Source of the DNA: a bacterium
GTDB taxonomy: Bacteria; Patescibacteriota; Saccharimonadia; Saccharimonadales; UBA4665
DNA: 57,189 bases
NCBI GenBank assembly: GCA_021811685.1
Contig: JAJZNT010000022.1
Location: forward strand, 1-57,189
Direction: 5' to 3'
A program made the translations under genes and the position numbers. The notes under the pieces are model-generated. The model was given only the letters and a program-made list of their open reading frames with translations, did no database searches and was not told where the DNA came from. Shown here one piece after another: positions 30,126-38,903 of this stretch. Position 1 is the stretch's first letter; every line of letters begins with the position of its first letter.

Positions 30126-31034
30126 CTATTTATGATGATACTTGTCGTAAGAGGCTTTTAAGTGCGGATCTGTGATGTGAGTATATATCTGAGTGGTAGA
30201 GATGTTACTGTGACCAAGCATTACTTGGACCGTTCTTAAGTCTGCCCCGTTCATTAACAGGTCCGTACCGAAACTATGTCTCATGGTGTGCGGGCTTACG
30301 TGCTTAGTTATTCCTGCCAGCAGAGCATATCTGGCCACAAGTCGCTGAACACTTCTTGCGGTCAGCCTATAGAAGTTGCCGCTGAGGTCAACTTTCTTAT
30401 TGCCGCTGTAACGGATAAACAGGGCCTTGGAGTTGTCTGTTCGCTTATCCAGATAGTTCTCCAGCCACATAACGGCCTGGGGGCTTATAAACACCAGTCG
30501 GTCTTTTTGCCCCTTGCCCCTGACCATAAATTCGCGCCTCTTTAGGTTAATGTGCCCACGGTCCAAGTTGACCAGTTCGCTGACCCTTAATCCGCTGGCG
30601 AATAGCAGTTCAAGTATTGCCCGGTCTCTAAGTCCGATTGTAGTATTTGTATCCGGTTGATTTAGCAAACTCTCAATCTCGTCTTCATTTAAGAAAGTTA
30701 CTTGTTTGCGGTGTGTTTTAGCCAGTTCAATCTTGGCGGCGTCCATTGCTTCGATGTCCCGCTTGGCGCAGAACTTTAGAAAGCTTCTCAGGGCTATGAG
30801 GTGGTAGTTAAGGGTAAGCGAGCTAAGCTCGTCATTTGTATTTGTTCCCAGCCTGTTTAGCCACAGTCTCCATCGCCTGATTAGTTCAGGGTCAATATCG
30901 GCTACGTTAATATCTCCGGCAAAATCCATTAGCCTGGTAAGGTAATGGTCATAGTTGGCGATAGTTCGCTGCGACCGGTTTTGTTCTATCTCCAGATATT
31001 CTAAGAAGTCAGTTTTAGCTTTATTGAACTTCAC
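30126..31034 (-). CDS. Xer-type tyrosine recombinase
   Basis: SAM-like N-domain; RDRAILELLFASGLRVSEL, KGQK, HTMRHS, LGH, TQIY catalytic set. Confidence 0.93.
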   Translation of the reverse strand: MKFNKAKTDFLEYLEIEQNRSQRTIANYDHYLTRLMDFAGDINVADIDPELIRRWRLWLNRLGTNTNDELSSLTLNYHLIALRSFLKFCAKRDIEAMDAAKIELAKTHRKQVTFLNEDEIESLLNQPDTNTTIGLRDRAILELLFASGLRVSELVNLDRGHINLKRREFMVRGKGQKDRLVFISPQAVMWLENYLDKRTDNSKALFIRYSGNKKVDLSGNFYRLTARSVQRLVARYALLAGITKHVSPHTMRHSFGTDLLMNGADLRTVQVMLGHSNISTTQIYTHITDPHLKASYDKYHHK

Positions 31035-31108
31035 CTGTATATTTTACGACATAATGTGATATATGGCCTAGGTCAGTTAATTGTTATTTGTTACAATGAT
31101 CCAATATT

Positions 31109-31612
31109 ATGGAACGAACCCTAATACTGCTTAAACCCGATGCTCTGCAAAGAGCCATTACGGGGGAGATAATTACCCGTTTTGAGAGGGTAGGGTTAAA
31201 GATAGTTGCGGCCAAGATATTGAGGCCAACTGAAGAGCAGTATTTTCATCATTATGAGACTATCGGCAAGATGATCTCCCGCCGCGGGCAAGAGGCATTT
31301 GAGGTTACTTTGGAGTTTATGCAGGAAGGGCCCGTCCTGGCTATGGTCCTAGAGGGCATCGAAGCAGTATCGGTTGTCAGGAAATTAGTAGGAACTACAG
31401 AACCCAAAGCGGCACAGCCTGGCACCATAAGAGGTGATTATTCGCATATTAGCTTTGCTTATGCTACCGAGAAAGCAATGTCCTTGCCAAACCTGATTCA
31501 TGCGTCAGGGGATGCCGCAGAGGCCAAACTGGAAATAGCTCATTGGTTTAGTGAAGACGAAATCTTTAACTACGACACGGTTCATGATAAATTTACTCAG
31601 GGTAAAAAGTAG
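31109..31612 (+). CDS. ndk: Nucleoside-diphosphate kinase
   Basis: ERTLILLKPD, PGTIRGD, NLIHAS. Confidence 0.96.
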   Translation: MERTLILLKPDALQRAITGEIITRFERVGLKIVAAKILRPTEEQYFHHYETIGKMISRRGQEAFEVTLEFMQEGPVLAMVLEGIEAVSVVRKLVGTTEPKAAQPGTIRGDYSHISFAYATEKAMSLPNLIHASGDAAEAKLEIAHWFSEDEIFNYDTVHDKFTQGKK

Positions 31613-31687
31613 GCCCCTATAGTTCAATGGATAAAACAGCTCCGTCCTAAGGAGAAGCTGGAGGTTCGAATCCTTCTAGGGGCGCCA
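31613..31687 (+). tRNA. tRNA-Arg(CCT)
   Basis: GCCCCTA acceptor / TAGGGGC G CCA, T-loop GTTCGAATCC, anticodon loop GTCCTAA; begins at the base after the ndk stop. Confidence 0.85.
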
Positions 31688-31689
31688 TA

Positions 31690-32094
31690 TCAATTTGCTA
31701 CTACTATAAATAACATTTCAGGCATAACTTTCTTTAGAACCTCAAAGTCTTGGTCATAAGTAACTAAAACTCCTTTGAATTCTTTGGTTAGGGCAGCTAT
31801 CCATAAGTCATTATGGGAGAGCACCTTACCGTTCTTGTTACAATATAGCTGCAATTCAGAATATATATCTGTTGTTTTCATTGTGGGTATGGCTATACTT
31901 ACATTTGGTTGAGCTATAAACCTTTGTAGGGCTCTTTCATTAATTTCTTTCCTCGATCCCTTTATAAAACCATATTTAAGTTCTGCGACTACAGGGAGAG
32001 GTAGGCACAATTCATGCCTTCCCTTAAGCATAGTAACGGCCTCTTCTTTACCGTTGGCAATTGCTGTATAGAAATTAGTATCAAGATAAAGCAT
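31690..32094 (-). CDS. vapC: PIN-domain toxin (VapC family)
   Basis: YLDTNFY, VVAELKYG, NDLWIAA, LVTYDQDF. Confidence 0.92.
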   Translation of the reverse strand: MLYLDTNFYTAIANGKEEAVTMLKGRHELCLPLPVVAELKYGFIKGSRKEINERALQRFIAQPNVSIAIPTMKTTDIYSELQLYCNKNGKVLSHNDLWIAALTKEFKGVLVTYDQDFEVLKKVMPEMLFIVVAN

Positions 32095-32095
32095 T

Positions 32096-32341
32096 CTATT
32101 TTTTCAATTTATCTTTTTGAAGCTTATCTTCTTCTATTAGGGCAGTTATGGTCTCATTGTCCATGCCACTGCCGATAAACCAATCCAAAGAAGACTTAAG
32201 ATCTTCCTTAATAAAGGGAACTTTCTCTGAGAGTTCATCAATCACAACCTGATTAAGGCTCTTGTTACTAAGTTTAGCCTTTTTTCTTAAGTAGAGATTA
32301 ACCGATTCGGGCAAGTTACGTATAGTTAGTTGTGTAGTCAT
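32096..32341 (-). CDS. RHH antitoxin (FitA/VapB-like)
   Basis: TQLTIRNLP...LRKKAK...KSLNQ; paralogous to 5996 and 35648. Confidence 0.8.
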   Translation of the reverse strand: MTTQLTIRNLPESVNLYLRKKAKLSNKSLNQVVIDELSEKVPFIKEDLKSSLDWFIGSGMDNETITALIEEDKLQKDKLKK

Positions 32342-32432
32342 GCAGGCAAGATAGCAAGCATGCATATATTTGTCAATTTGCGGGCGTATTACTAAACTAT
32401 AAGAGTAAAAAAGAAGTACAATATCTCTAGTT

Positions 32433-33014
32433 ATGTCAAAGCGAAAGTCCGATGGGGGATCAAAGTATTTTGCTGATCAGTTTGATGATGAAGATGTAGT
32501 CTTCGTGTTTCGTAAACATCCTATAGTAATGCGAAAAGGATTAATTATCGGATTATTCGGGCCGCTTCTCGGGGTGATACCGGCTGCCGTTCATCCGGCT
32601 TATGGTATGGGTGTATTTATTGACGGATTGGTTGTAGGAGCGTTAGTCGGTCTTATTATATTTTTTCCTTCATGGATTGGTTGGTATTTCAGCGTCTTTA
32701 TAGTTACTACGCAGAGGTTCTTACAGATCAGACAAAAAGGTTTATTTTCCAGAAGCGTATCTGACTTGGGACTGCAGCAAATCCAGTCGGTAAGTTACGA
32801 AGTTTCCGGTATTCAGGCAACCCTACTGGGTTTTGGTACAATTACTATGAGGACATACGTAGGCGAAGTGGTTATCCATGATGTTCACCACCCTGCAAGA
32901 ATACAAAAGCAGCTGGTAGGTGTATTGAGGGATCTCGGAATAACCACAGTCAGTTATCCAGGATCTGCGGAAACGCAACTACAATCCGATGAAGAAGAAG
33001 TTGAAGAAGCTTAA
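32433..33014 (+). CDS. Membrane protein with bacterial PH domain
   Basis: DEDVVFVFRKHP, 2 TM, IVTTQR...Q.GLFSR....L..IQSV....G....LLGFGTI. Confidence 0.75.
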   Translation: MSKRKSDGGSKYFADQFDDEDVVFVFRKHPIVMRKGLIIGLFGPLLGVIPAAVHPAYGMGVFIDGLVVGALVGLIIFFPSWIGWYFSVFIVTTQRFLQIRQKGLFSRSVSDLGLQQIQSVSYEVSGIQATLLGFGTITMRTYVGEVVIHDVHHPARIQKQLVGVLRDLGITTVSYPGSAETQLQSDEEEVEEA

Positions 33015-34089
33015 GGTAAAATTACCTAAACCAAAACTACCGGGCAACATTAAGCCCTTTAAGAGACGCCCCGCACCCGAGGAAAGGCTCAAGGAGGCGT
33101 TTGCTAACGTCCCCAAGATTACTAACGAAACGGTTGCCGAGCACCGTGAGGATGTCTTATCCAGTGCCAGGAAGTATATCTATCCTCTTCAGCACTCCAG
33201 GAAGCGAATAGTAATTATTTCTTCCTCTATTATTGTGGCTGCTGTTGCGGGCTTTTTTATATACCTAGGGCTTGCTCTATATAATTTCCAGGACACTAAC
33301 GGCTTTATTTACGGAGTTACTCAAGTTATACCAGTACCGGTTGCTAAGGTTGGAAGTTCGTGGGTTTCTTATGAGAGCTATCTTTTTGAGCTAAGAAGGT
33401 ATATGCACTATTACGAGACCCAACAACAGGTGAACTTTTCTACTGAAAGTGGAAAGTTGCAGCTTGATAGGTATAAGCAGCAGGCAATGAATGAAGTCGT
33501 AACCGACGCATACGTAAAGCAACTAGCCAGCGAGTATAAGGTAAACGTATCCAACCAACAGGTTAATCAAGAAGTGTCTCTGGTACAAAGCCAGAACCGT
33601 CTAGGATCAAATCAACAGGAGTTTAACGCTGTCTTAAATGATTTCTGGGGCTGGAATGAGGGTGATTTTAAAAGGGAATTAAAATTACAGATGTTACAGC
33701 AGGCTGTTGTCGCAAAATTAGACACATCAACTGAGCAAAGAGCCCAGAGTGCGTTAAATAGTTTAAATCACGGAGCGGATTTCGCTAGTTTAGCAAAACA
33801 GGTCTCTGACGACTCATCCACTAAAAGCAGTGGCGGACAATATCCAGGCCCTATTACCGAGAACGATCCCAATATTGCACCGCAAGTTACCCAGGTGCTA
33901 TTTAGACTTAAGCCTGGACAACATTCAGGAATTATAAACACCGGCTACACTCTGGAAATCGTAGAACTGATATCTAAGCAGGGAAATAAGGTTCAAGCAG
34001 CTCATATATCCTTTAACCTTCAACCTATATCTACATTTATTGCGCCTTTAATGAAGGCTAACCCAGCACATTATTTTATTCATTTATAG
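32989..34089 (+). CDS. SurA/PrsA-like parvulin peptidyl-prolyl isomerase
   Basis: TM anchor, SurA-N-like helices, GADFASLAKQVSDD.STK..GG, LKPGQ.S.II.T. Confidence 0.85.
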   Translation: MKKKLKKLKVKLPKPKLPGNIKPFKRRPAPEERLKEAFANVPKITNETVAEHREDVLSSARKYIYPLQHSRKRIVIISSSIIVAAVAGFFIYLGLALYNFQDTNGFIYGVTQVIPVPVAKVGSSWVSYESYLFELRRYMHYYETQQQVNFSTESGKLQLDRYKQQAMNEVVTDAYVKQLASEYKVNVSNQQVNQEVSLVQSQNRLGSNQQEFNAVLNDFWGWNEGDFKRELKLQMLQQAVVAKLDTSTEQRAQSALNSLNHGADFASLAKQVSDDSSTKSSGGQYPGPITENDPNIAPQVTQVLFRLKPGQHSGIINTGYTLEIVELISKQGNKVQAAHISFNLQPISTFIAPLMKANPAHYFIHL

Positions 34090-34138
34090 ATCTAGGCGAC
34101 CTAGTTATTTATATTGAATAATTTAATTACTCATAGTG

Positions 34139-34660
34139 TTAAGCTGATGTATCTTTCGCTTCTTCTTTGGGTAATCTATATCTGCGCTTGGAGCTAAGTT
34201 GTGCCTTTTTTTGATCACGAGCTTTGCGATTTACGGGACCTGCGTACTTTTCTTTAAAGTCTTTAAAGAAGGCCTTAGCCAGGGATTTTGCTTCCGGCTC
34301 TTTAATAAGGCCTGAATCCATTATCGCCAATATGCCGGTTGCTTTTATTAATTCTGATTCAGCTTCAATCATTAATTTTTCTGCATTGTTTTTTGCACCT
34401 TCTACTATTCGTTCTGCATTCCTGCCATACCTTGATATTATGCTTCCTCGGCGGTTTGGCGAGTTCACTGCAGTAGACATGCCTTCTTTTTGGCTAGATA
34501 ATCCAAAATACTGCAATGCTTTTATTAAATTTTCTCTTCGGTAATTAAGATCAACAAATGCATATGTATAGTCTGTCTCTGGATGCGTTTTAATTTCTGC
34601 AGGCGGGCTGCTGCCCGGATCCATGAGGCTTGCCTGTATCGGTCTATCGTTAGTAGTCAT
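34139..34660 (-). CDS. Hypothetical protein
   Basis: 173-aa ORF, no recognisable motif. Confidence 0.6.
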   Translation of the reverse strand: MTTNDRPIQASLMDPGSSPPAEIKTHPETDYTYAFVDLNYRRENLIKALQYFGLSSQKEGMSTAVNSPNRRGSIISRYGRNAERIVEGAKNNAEKLMIEAESELIKATGILAIMDSGLIKEPEAKSLAKAFFKDFKEKYAGPVNRKARDQKKAQLSSKRRYRLPKEEAKDTSA

Positions 34661-34661
34661 A

Positions 34662-34847
34662 TTATTTTATAGTCATTGTATATTTAAGATTATCTTTTAC
34701 ACTGTGATTCTCGCCCAGCATTAATACGGAGCTGTAGCTAACTAGTTCGGCATAGTCTACAGGGGCTGCTTGGGCTGCGCTTTCTGCGCTGAGCGCTTCG
34801 GTGCTGGACCAAGGGTTTGGAATAGTGTCGTGTGTTTCTGGAGACAT
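34662..34847 (-). pseudogene. Probable truncated gene (VLMLGENH motif, then ends)
   Basis: 61 aa; VxxGExH resembles the N-terminal motif of the ChaN/TraB/erythromycin-esterase fold but the ORF stops soon after. Confidence 0.35.
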
Positions 34848-34913
34848 AAGCTATACGTTAGAATAAGATTGAAAGTAAGTCAATCTCATACAGCAATAAC
34901 AACCAGTAAAAAC

Positions 34914-34960
34914 GAGATGTTTAAACACAAGCATAATGGCGGGCTGTAGTGGAACTATTT
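34914..34960 (-). repeat. Cassette-boundary repeat (distal copy, 11-nt internal deletion)
   Basis: GAGATGTTTAAACACAAGCATAATGGCGGGCTGTAG-T-GGAACTATTT; matches 35729-35786. Confidence 0.85.
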
Positions 34961-34968
34961 CATGGAGT

Positions 34969-35376
34969 TTAGTTCTGTTCGTTAACTATAATAGCTCTTA
35001 ATTGCGGCAATTCCCCAAAGTCACCGTCCCTAGTAAATAAAACTCCACCAAGTTGTATTGTTGTAGCGGCAATCCAGAAGTCATTATTAGATAATGCTAA
35101 ACCATGTTGTCTGGCATAAGTTGCTAAGTCTGCATAAATAATTGACGTATCTTGGATGGGATTAGTTATACTGGCATGAAATTGTTGTTTAAATAGATCG
35201 TAAGTTTCTAGATTATTCGCTGTCTTACTACTATTAGCAAAGCCGAATCTTAATTCGGCATCTACAGCAAGAGGTATAGACAGCTCATCATATTTTTGTT
35301 CTGAGAATGCTTTAACGATATAATCCTTGTCGCTCAGCAAATTAGATAAAGCCGAGGTATCAAAAACAAGTGTCAT
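34969..35376 (-). CDS. vapC: PIN-domain toxin (VapC family)
   Basis: VFDTSAL, AELRFG, NNDFWIAA, FTRDGDF. Confidence 0.9.
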   Translation of the reverse strand: MTLVFDTSALSNLLSDKDYIVKAFSEQKYDELSIPLAVDAELRFGFANSSKTANNLETYDLFKQQFHASITNPIQDTSIIYADLATYARQHGLALSNNDFWIAATTIQLGGVLFTRDGDFGELPQLRAIIVNEQN

Positions 35377-35648
35377 TATTCTTTGTCCTGTTTTAGTAAT
35401 GAGGCCCTATCAGACCACGATAAAGCCTCTTCTAATGATTCTTCGTCTTCTTGTCCTATTCTATGTTTGCTGAGAAATTGTTTCATCTCTAGATAACGCT
35501 TATCGCTATCTTCGATACCCACACTTTGACGCAATGCTTTTAGTACGTAACGATTTAAGCTTATGCCTTGCCGATTAGCCTTTTTAGTTAAAGCAGACTT
35601 AGTTGTTGGGTCAAGCCCCCTAATAGTTAGTTGTAGTTTACTGCTCAT
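35376..35648 (-). CDS. RHH antitoxin (FitA/VapB-like)
   Basis: LQLTIRGLD...ALTKKA...GISLN; 12-bp direct repeat TAATGCCTGCAT at 35648 and 35671. Confidence 0.8.
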   Translation of the reverse strand: MSSKLQLTIRGLDPTTKSALTKKANRQGISLNRYVLKALRQSVGIEDSDKRYLEMKQFLSKHRIGQEDEESLEEALSWSDRASLLKQDKE

Positions 35649-35728
35649 AATGCCTGCATTATATAGAATCTAATGCCTGCATGTAAATAGACGCATATAT
35701 CAATTTTAAATAAAAAATACCCCTATTG

Positions 35729-35786
35729 GAGATGTTTAAACATAAGCATAATAGCGGGCCGTAGCTGTCCAGGTTTGGAACTATTT
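35729..35786 (-). repeat. Cassette-boundary repeat
   Basis: TAGCGGGCCGTAGC at 35752, GGAACTATTT at 35777 (25-nt offset). Confidence 0.88.
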
Positions 35787-35806
35787 AGCGGAACTCGATC
35801 TTAGCT

Positions 35807-36067
35807 CTAAGCGTAAAGTTGATCGTGAGTACCTACCATCATGAGTACAACTCTATTCTTTTTAAGCCTCAGGAAGTGTATCCTGAGGTCCTCTGCCGCA
35901 CTTATAGAATACTGCGGGTAATACTTGCCCTTTAATTGATGTATTCTAAGCTGTTTTGTGTTTTGATTGGTCATAAATAACTTTAGAGCTGTAAGCACTT
36001 GTGATTGTTGGTAACTATCTAACTGAGCCCACATTGCGTCATAACGTTTATGGGTTTCAACTTGCAT
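35807..36067 (-). CDS. RelE/YafQ-family mRNA interferase toxin
   Basis: LRIHQLKG, SIS...DLRI.F, VGTHDQLY. Confidence 0.85.
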   Translation of the reverse strand: MQVETHKRYDAMWAQLDSYQQSQVLTALKLFMTNQNTKQLRIHQLKGKYYPQYSISAAEDLRIHFLRLKKNRVVLMMVGTHDQLYA

Positions 36068-36347
36068 GGCCAAGGCTATTCAAATGCCTTTCGAGCTCTT
36101 CAAAAGTATTAAACGGCCCGCTTAAGTTTCGTCCGGCCTTAACATCTTCTTCTATCTTATCAAGTTCTTTAGCGATCTTCTCATTTGGCAAATATTCTTC
36201 TTCAAAAACTACTCTTCGCTCACTGACAGCTTCTCTAAGCTTATTTTCCACAATGGAACTTAAACTTAGACCCAACCTTTGGGCCAGCTTTTGGGCTTGC
36301 TGCTTTACGTCTGCGTCTATCTTAACTGTTACAGGTATTTGGCTCAT
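36057..36347 (-). CDS. RelB/DinJ-family antitoxin
   Basis: VTVKIDADVKQQAQKLA..LGLSLS, PN, SGPF. Confidence 0.85.
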   Translation of the reverse strand: MSQIPVTVKIDADVKQQAQKLAQRLGLSLSSIVENKLREAVSERRVVFEEEYLPNEKIAKELDKIEEDVKAGRNLSGPFNTFEELERHLNSLGHAS

Positions 36348-36629
36348 ACATACATAGTATTACTATGAATGTACTTCGTCAATATACCACGTAATGGTTC
36401 AATAGTTTGGAATCACCTAAGCAAGGAGAATTAATTGAAACTAAGGCGTATTAGTGCGAATGGACCCCATTTTCTCTACGTGGGTATCGGCCTTGTGTTT
36501 TTATCTTGCCTTGGTTTGGTAAGATTTTGGTTTTGCAGTTACATAGTCTCGCAATACTTGCAACTCCATTGACGATGACAAATATAGCACTCTTAGGTAT
36601 AGAGCGCTAACTTTAACAAAGGGTTTACT

Positions 36630-36709
36630 TGCTATGAGGGTATAGTCGCCTTTTCGTTTAATTGATTATTACGTAGATAGATTACGGTATTAGTGTCTAA
36701 AAGTATCAT
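36630..36709 (-). pseudogene. Truncated VapC (N-terminal stub)
   Basis: MILLDTNTVIYLRNNQLNEKATIPS* overlapping the antitoxin 3' end. Confidence 0.7.
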
Positions 36710-36968
36710 GTTGTAAACTATCTCTTCTGTTTTCCCAAACTCTCTGCTCACGTTGCCATTTACTAGGGTCGGTAACTCCCTTCATAGGCCCACGTTTTTT
36801 ACCATGGTTAATTAAAGCATCAAGTGCATGTCGTTGTTTAATCAAAGGCTCTTCAACGTTTACTGTGTCACCTAGTCTTAAATTGTTATCGTCAATATAC
36901 CGCTTAGGCACACGTATAGCATAAGAGTTACCTGTTTTAGTAATAATTCCTTGTACCATAGTTTGCAT
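36690..36968 (-). CDS. AbrB/MazE-family antitoxin
   Basis: IITKTGNSYAIRVPK......L..GD.V; C-terminal DP..WQRE.R typical of VapB. Confidence 0.8.
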   Translation of the reverse strand: MQTMVQGIITKTGNSYAIRVPKRYIDDNNLRLGDTVNVEEPLIKQRHALDALINHGKKRGPMKGVTDPSKWQREQRVWENRRDSLQHDTFRH

Positions 36969-37032
36969 TGTACTTACATTGTCAAGTATTTGTGTTTCAA
37001 TACAAAGAGTAAGATGCTCTGAAAATACAGAT

Positions 37033-37060
37033 TGGCGGGACATCGAGTCGGACTTCGAAA
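37033..37060 (-). repeat. Divergent tRNA-3'-like boundary sequence
   Basis: Minus strand TTTCGAAGTCCGACTCGATGTCCCGCCA, 1 nt after the toxin stop. Confidence 0.55.
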
Positions 37061-37061
37061 A

Positions 37062-37454
37062 TTAGCTATCGGCCTTTACCCTCTTTAGGATACTGTCATC
37101 AAAAGTTAGAATATCTGAAACCTTTTTACTGTCCCTTAATGCCAGTAGCCAGCAATCTTCAAACGATAAAGGCTTCTCTTTATTAAACAATTCTACGGTT
37201 GCTTCAAGAAGTTCCCTATCTGGAATTGAGAATATATTACTAGAGAGTAAAGATTCATATATTTGAACAACTTGTTTTTTATTTAATTCATACACAGACC
37301 TAAGAGCATAGCCAAACTCAGCAAATATTACCCTATCTAGTAATATGCTATTCGGTTTAGCTTCTGTGATCATTTTTGAAGCTTTCTCAAATAACTCTTC
37401 ATTATCCTTGGTGAAGTAACGAACTAGGACAGAGCTGTCTATTGCTACTGCCAT
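37062..37454 (-). CDS. vapC: PIN-domain toxin
   Basis: IDSSVLVRYF, FAE, LSFEDC, ILTFD. Confidence 0.9.
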   Translation of the reverse strand: MAVAIDSSVLVRYFTKDNEELFEKASKMITEAKPNSILLDRVIFAEFGYALRSVYELNKKQVVQIYESLLSSNIFSIPDRELLEATVELFNKEKPLSFEDCWLLALRDSKKVSDILTFDDSILKRVKADS

Positions 37455-37708
37455 TTAAGTCCTTTTTTGTAAAAGCTAAACCTAGCATTTTTTATATCTT
37501 CATCTGTAGCTGATTTAATATTACGCTTCTTGATATCAGCTGCTATAGAACTAGCTACATCTTTCATGGAAGGGACTTTTTCTATTACTAAATAACTATC
37601 GCCTGTCCGGAACTGAACCTTATCATTAGCAGATATGCCCAACTCTTCTCTTGCTTCCTTTGGAATAGTGACTTGGAACTTGCTAGTAATACTATACGTT
37701 GTACTCAT
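37445..37708 (-). CDS. AbrB/MazE-family antitoxin
   Basis: SITSKFQVTIPKEAREELGI...DKVQF. Confidence 0.87.
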   Translation of the reverse strand: MSTTYSITSKFQVTIPKEAREELGISANDKVQFRTGDSYLVIEKVPSMKDVASSIAADIKKRNIKSATDEDIKNARFSFYKKGLKWQ

Positions 37709-37752
37709 ACCACTAATTATAGTATTACTAAACTTTTTGTCAATACCATTAT

Positions 37753-37995
37753 TTATACTCTGCTGAAGTTGATCTTGCCACAGCGTAAACACTTCCCCGT
37801 CGTATAATTGTGATCAAAGAAACCTTGCTCAACTCACCATATAACTCTATGTTTGATGCCAACCTTACCGCGACACAACTTGCGAGTATCTTTGCTTGAG
37901 TGGAACTTAATAGCTGGCTCGCTATGATCATGTTTAAAATCACGCTTTAATATGCCGCCTGCACGCCAACTATCTGAATCTTCTTTAATTCTCAT
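37753..37995 (-). pseudogene. 80-codon Cys/His-containing ORF interrupted by one in-frame TGA
   Basis: MRIKEDSDSWRAGG...KDTRKLCRGKVGIKHRVIW*VEQGFFDHNYTTGKCLRCGKINFSRV* (TGA at 37836-37834); hand-translated. Confidence 0.6.
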
Positions 37996-38078
37996 AGTTT
38001 CATTTTATCATCACGTTATAATAATGGATTTTTGAACAGTGGTGACGTACGGTTTGAGGTGAATTTCGAACAGAGGTA

Positions 38079-38122
38079 GCGTATGCTTGGCGGGCCGTGG
38101 CGAATGGAGTCTGGAACTATTT
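38079..38122 (-). repeat. Cassette-boundary repeat
   Basis: GCGTATGCTTGGCGGGCCGTGGC...TGGAACTATTT; the toxin TAG lies inside the motif. Confidence 0.9.
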
Positions 38123-38497
38123 TATGATAAGTACTGGTAGCTCTGTGTGACTATAGTCCTTGAAGTGGCCATCAATTGTAATAATCTCGTCACATACCGC
38201 TTCTTCAGCCGAAATTGCTTGTAAACAATCCTCAAAGTCTTTACCGTCGTATCTGATACGTGCCGTGGACGTGGTTTTTTCAGTTATAGGCAGCACCTCC
38301 CATACCGATAATAGACTATCTACAGCTTCAGTATTAACCTTATATCTTTCTGCCATGTACCAAACAATATGCACAGTTAAAGCACTAATGGAGTATTGAT
38401 TATCTGGGTCTTGAATTAAAGACTGGCATTTGTCAGATAATTTCCTATCAAAAAGTATTTCAAGTAATACGTTGGCATCTATAAAAACGTGTTTCAC
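38117..38497 (-). CDS. vapC: PIN-domain toxin
   Basis: VFIDANVLLE, DFEDCLQ, IITID. Confidence 0.9.
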   Translation of the reverse strand: MKHVFIDANVLLEILFDRKLSDKCQSLIQDPDNQYSISALTVHIVWYMAERYKVNTEAVDSLLSVWEVLPITEKTTSTARIRYDGKDFEDCLQAISAEEAVCDEIITIDGHFKDYSHTELPVLIIK

Positions 38498-38499
38498 TT

Positions 38500-38769
38500 C
38501 TAAGAATTTCTTTCTGCTAAAGCCTCGCCATAAAGTTCTTTTGTTGTCTTATATTCATCTGTTAAACCCCTGTTACGTGCAAATGATTTTCGGTTACGAT
38601 TGAGCATTGCAGCAACACTAGCACCGTTGCCTTTAATATTATTTTGTACAGGTCTGAGTGAGCCAACTACTTCTGAATGGCGAATGATAAAAACCTCTTC
38701 ACCACTCTGTAGTCTATCTAAGTATTCACTTAAATTACTTCTCAACTTCTTTGCAGTAACTGTTACCAT
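38500..38769 (-). CDS. Phd/YefM-family antitoxin
   Basis: VTAKKLRSNLSEYLDRL..GEEV.I.RH...V. Confidence 0.85.
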   Translation of the reverse strand: MVTVTAKKLRSNLSEYLDRLQSGEEVFIIRHSEVVGSLRPVQNNIKGNGASVAAMLNRNRKSFARNRGLTDEYKTTKELYGEALAERNS

Positions 38770-38857
38770 AATTATCCTTTTAATTATATTTATAGTGTAC
38801 GCTTTAGAGATAACTTTGTCAATATTACCAAATAAAAAAGCACTCAACAATTAAAGT

Positions 38858-38902
38858 GCGTATGCTTGGCGGGCCGTAGCTTTGCAGGTGTGGAACTATT
38901 TT
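38858..38902 (-). repeat. Cassette-boundary repeat (tRNA-proximal)
   Basis: GCGTATGCTTGGCGGGCCGTAGC...TGGAACTATTT; CTTGGCGGGCC identical to 39599-39609. Confidence 0.9.
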
Positions 38903-38903
38903 G

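Noticed and set aside
30126..31034. Tyrosine recombinase as an integron integrase or prophage integrase driving the arrays
   Set aside because: It looks like a ~300-aa housekeeping XerC/D between pilM and ndk, with no evident IntI-specific insertion and no adjacent attI or phage genes. A trans role cannot be excluded but is unsupported.
37834..37836. Genome-wide TGA recoding (code 25 or 4)
   Set aside because: TGA terminates genes here at expected ends (e.g. 6247, 17414, 21662, 46069), and conserved genes show no internal TGA.
34914..38902. Boundary repeats as a CRISPR array
   Set aside because: Intervals are gene-sized (0.8-2.3 kb), the repeats are degenerate and no cas genes are present.
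34914..38902. Classical integron attC sites
   Set aside because: No RYYYAAC...GTTRRRY inverted-core palindromes were seen; the repeats instead match the tRNA-Asp 3' end.
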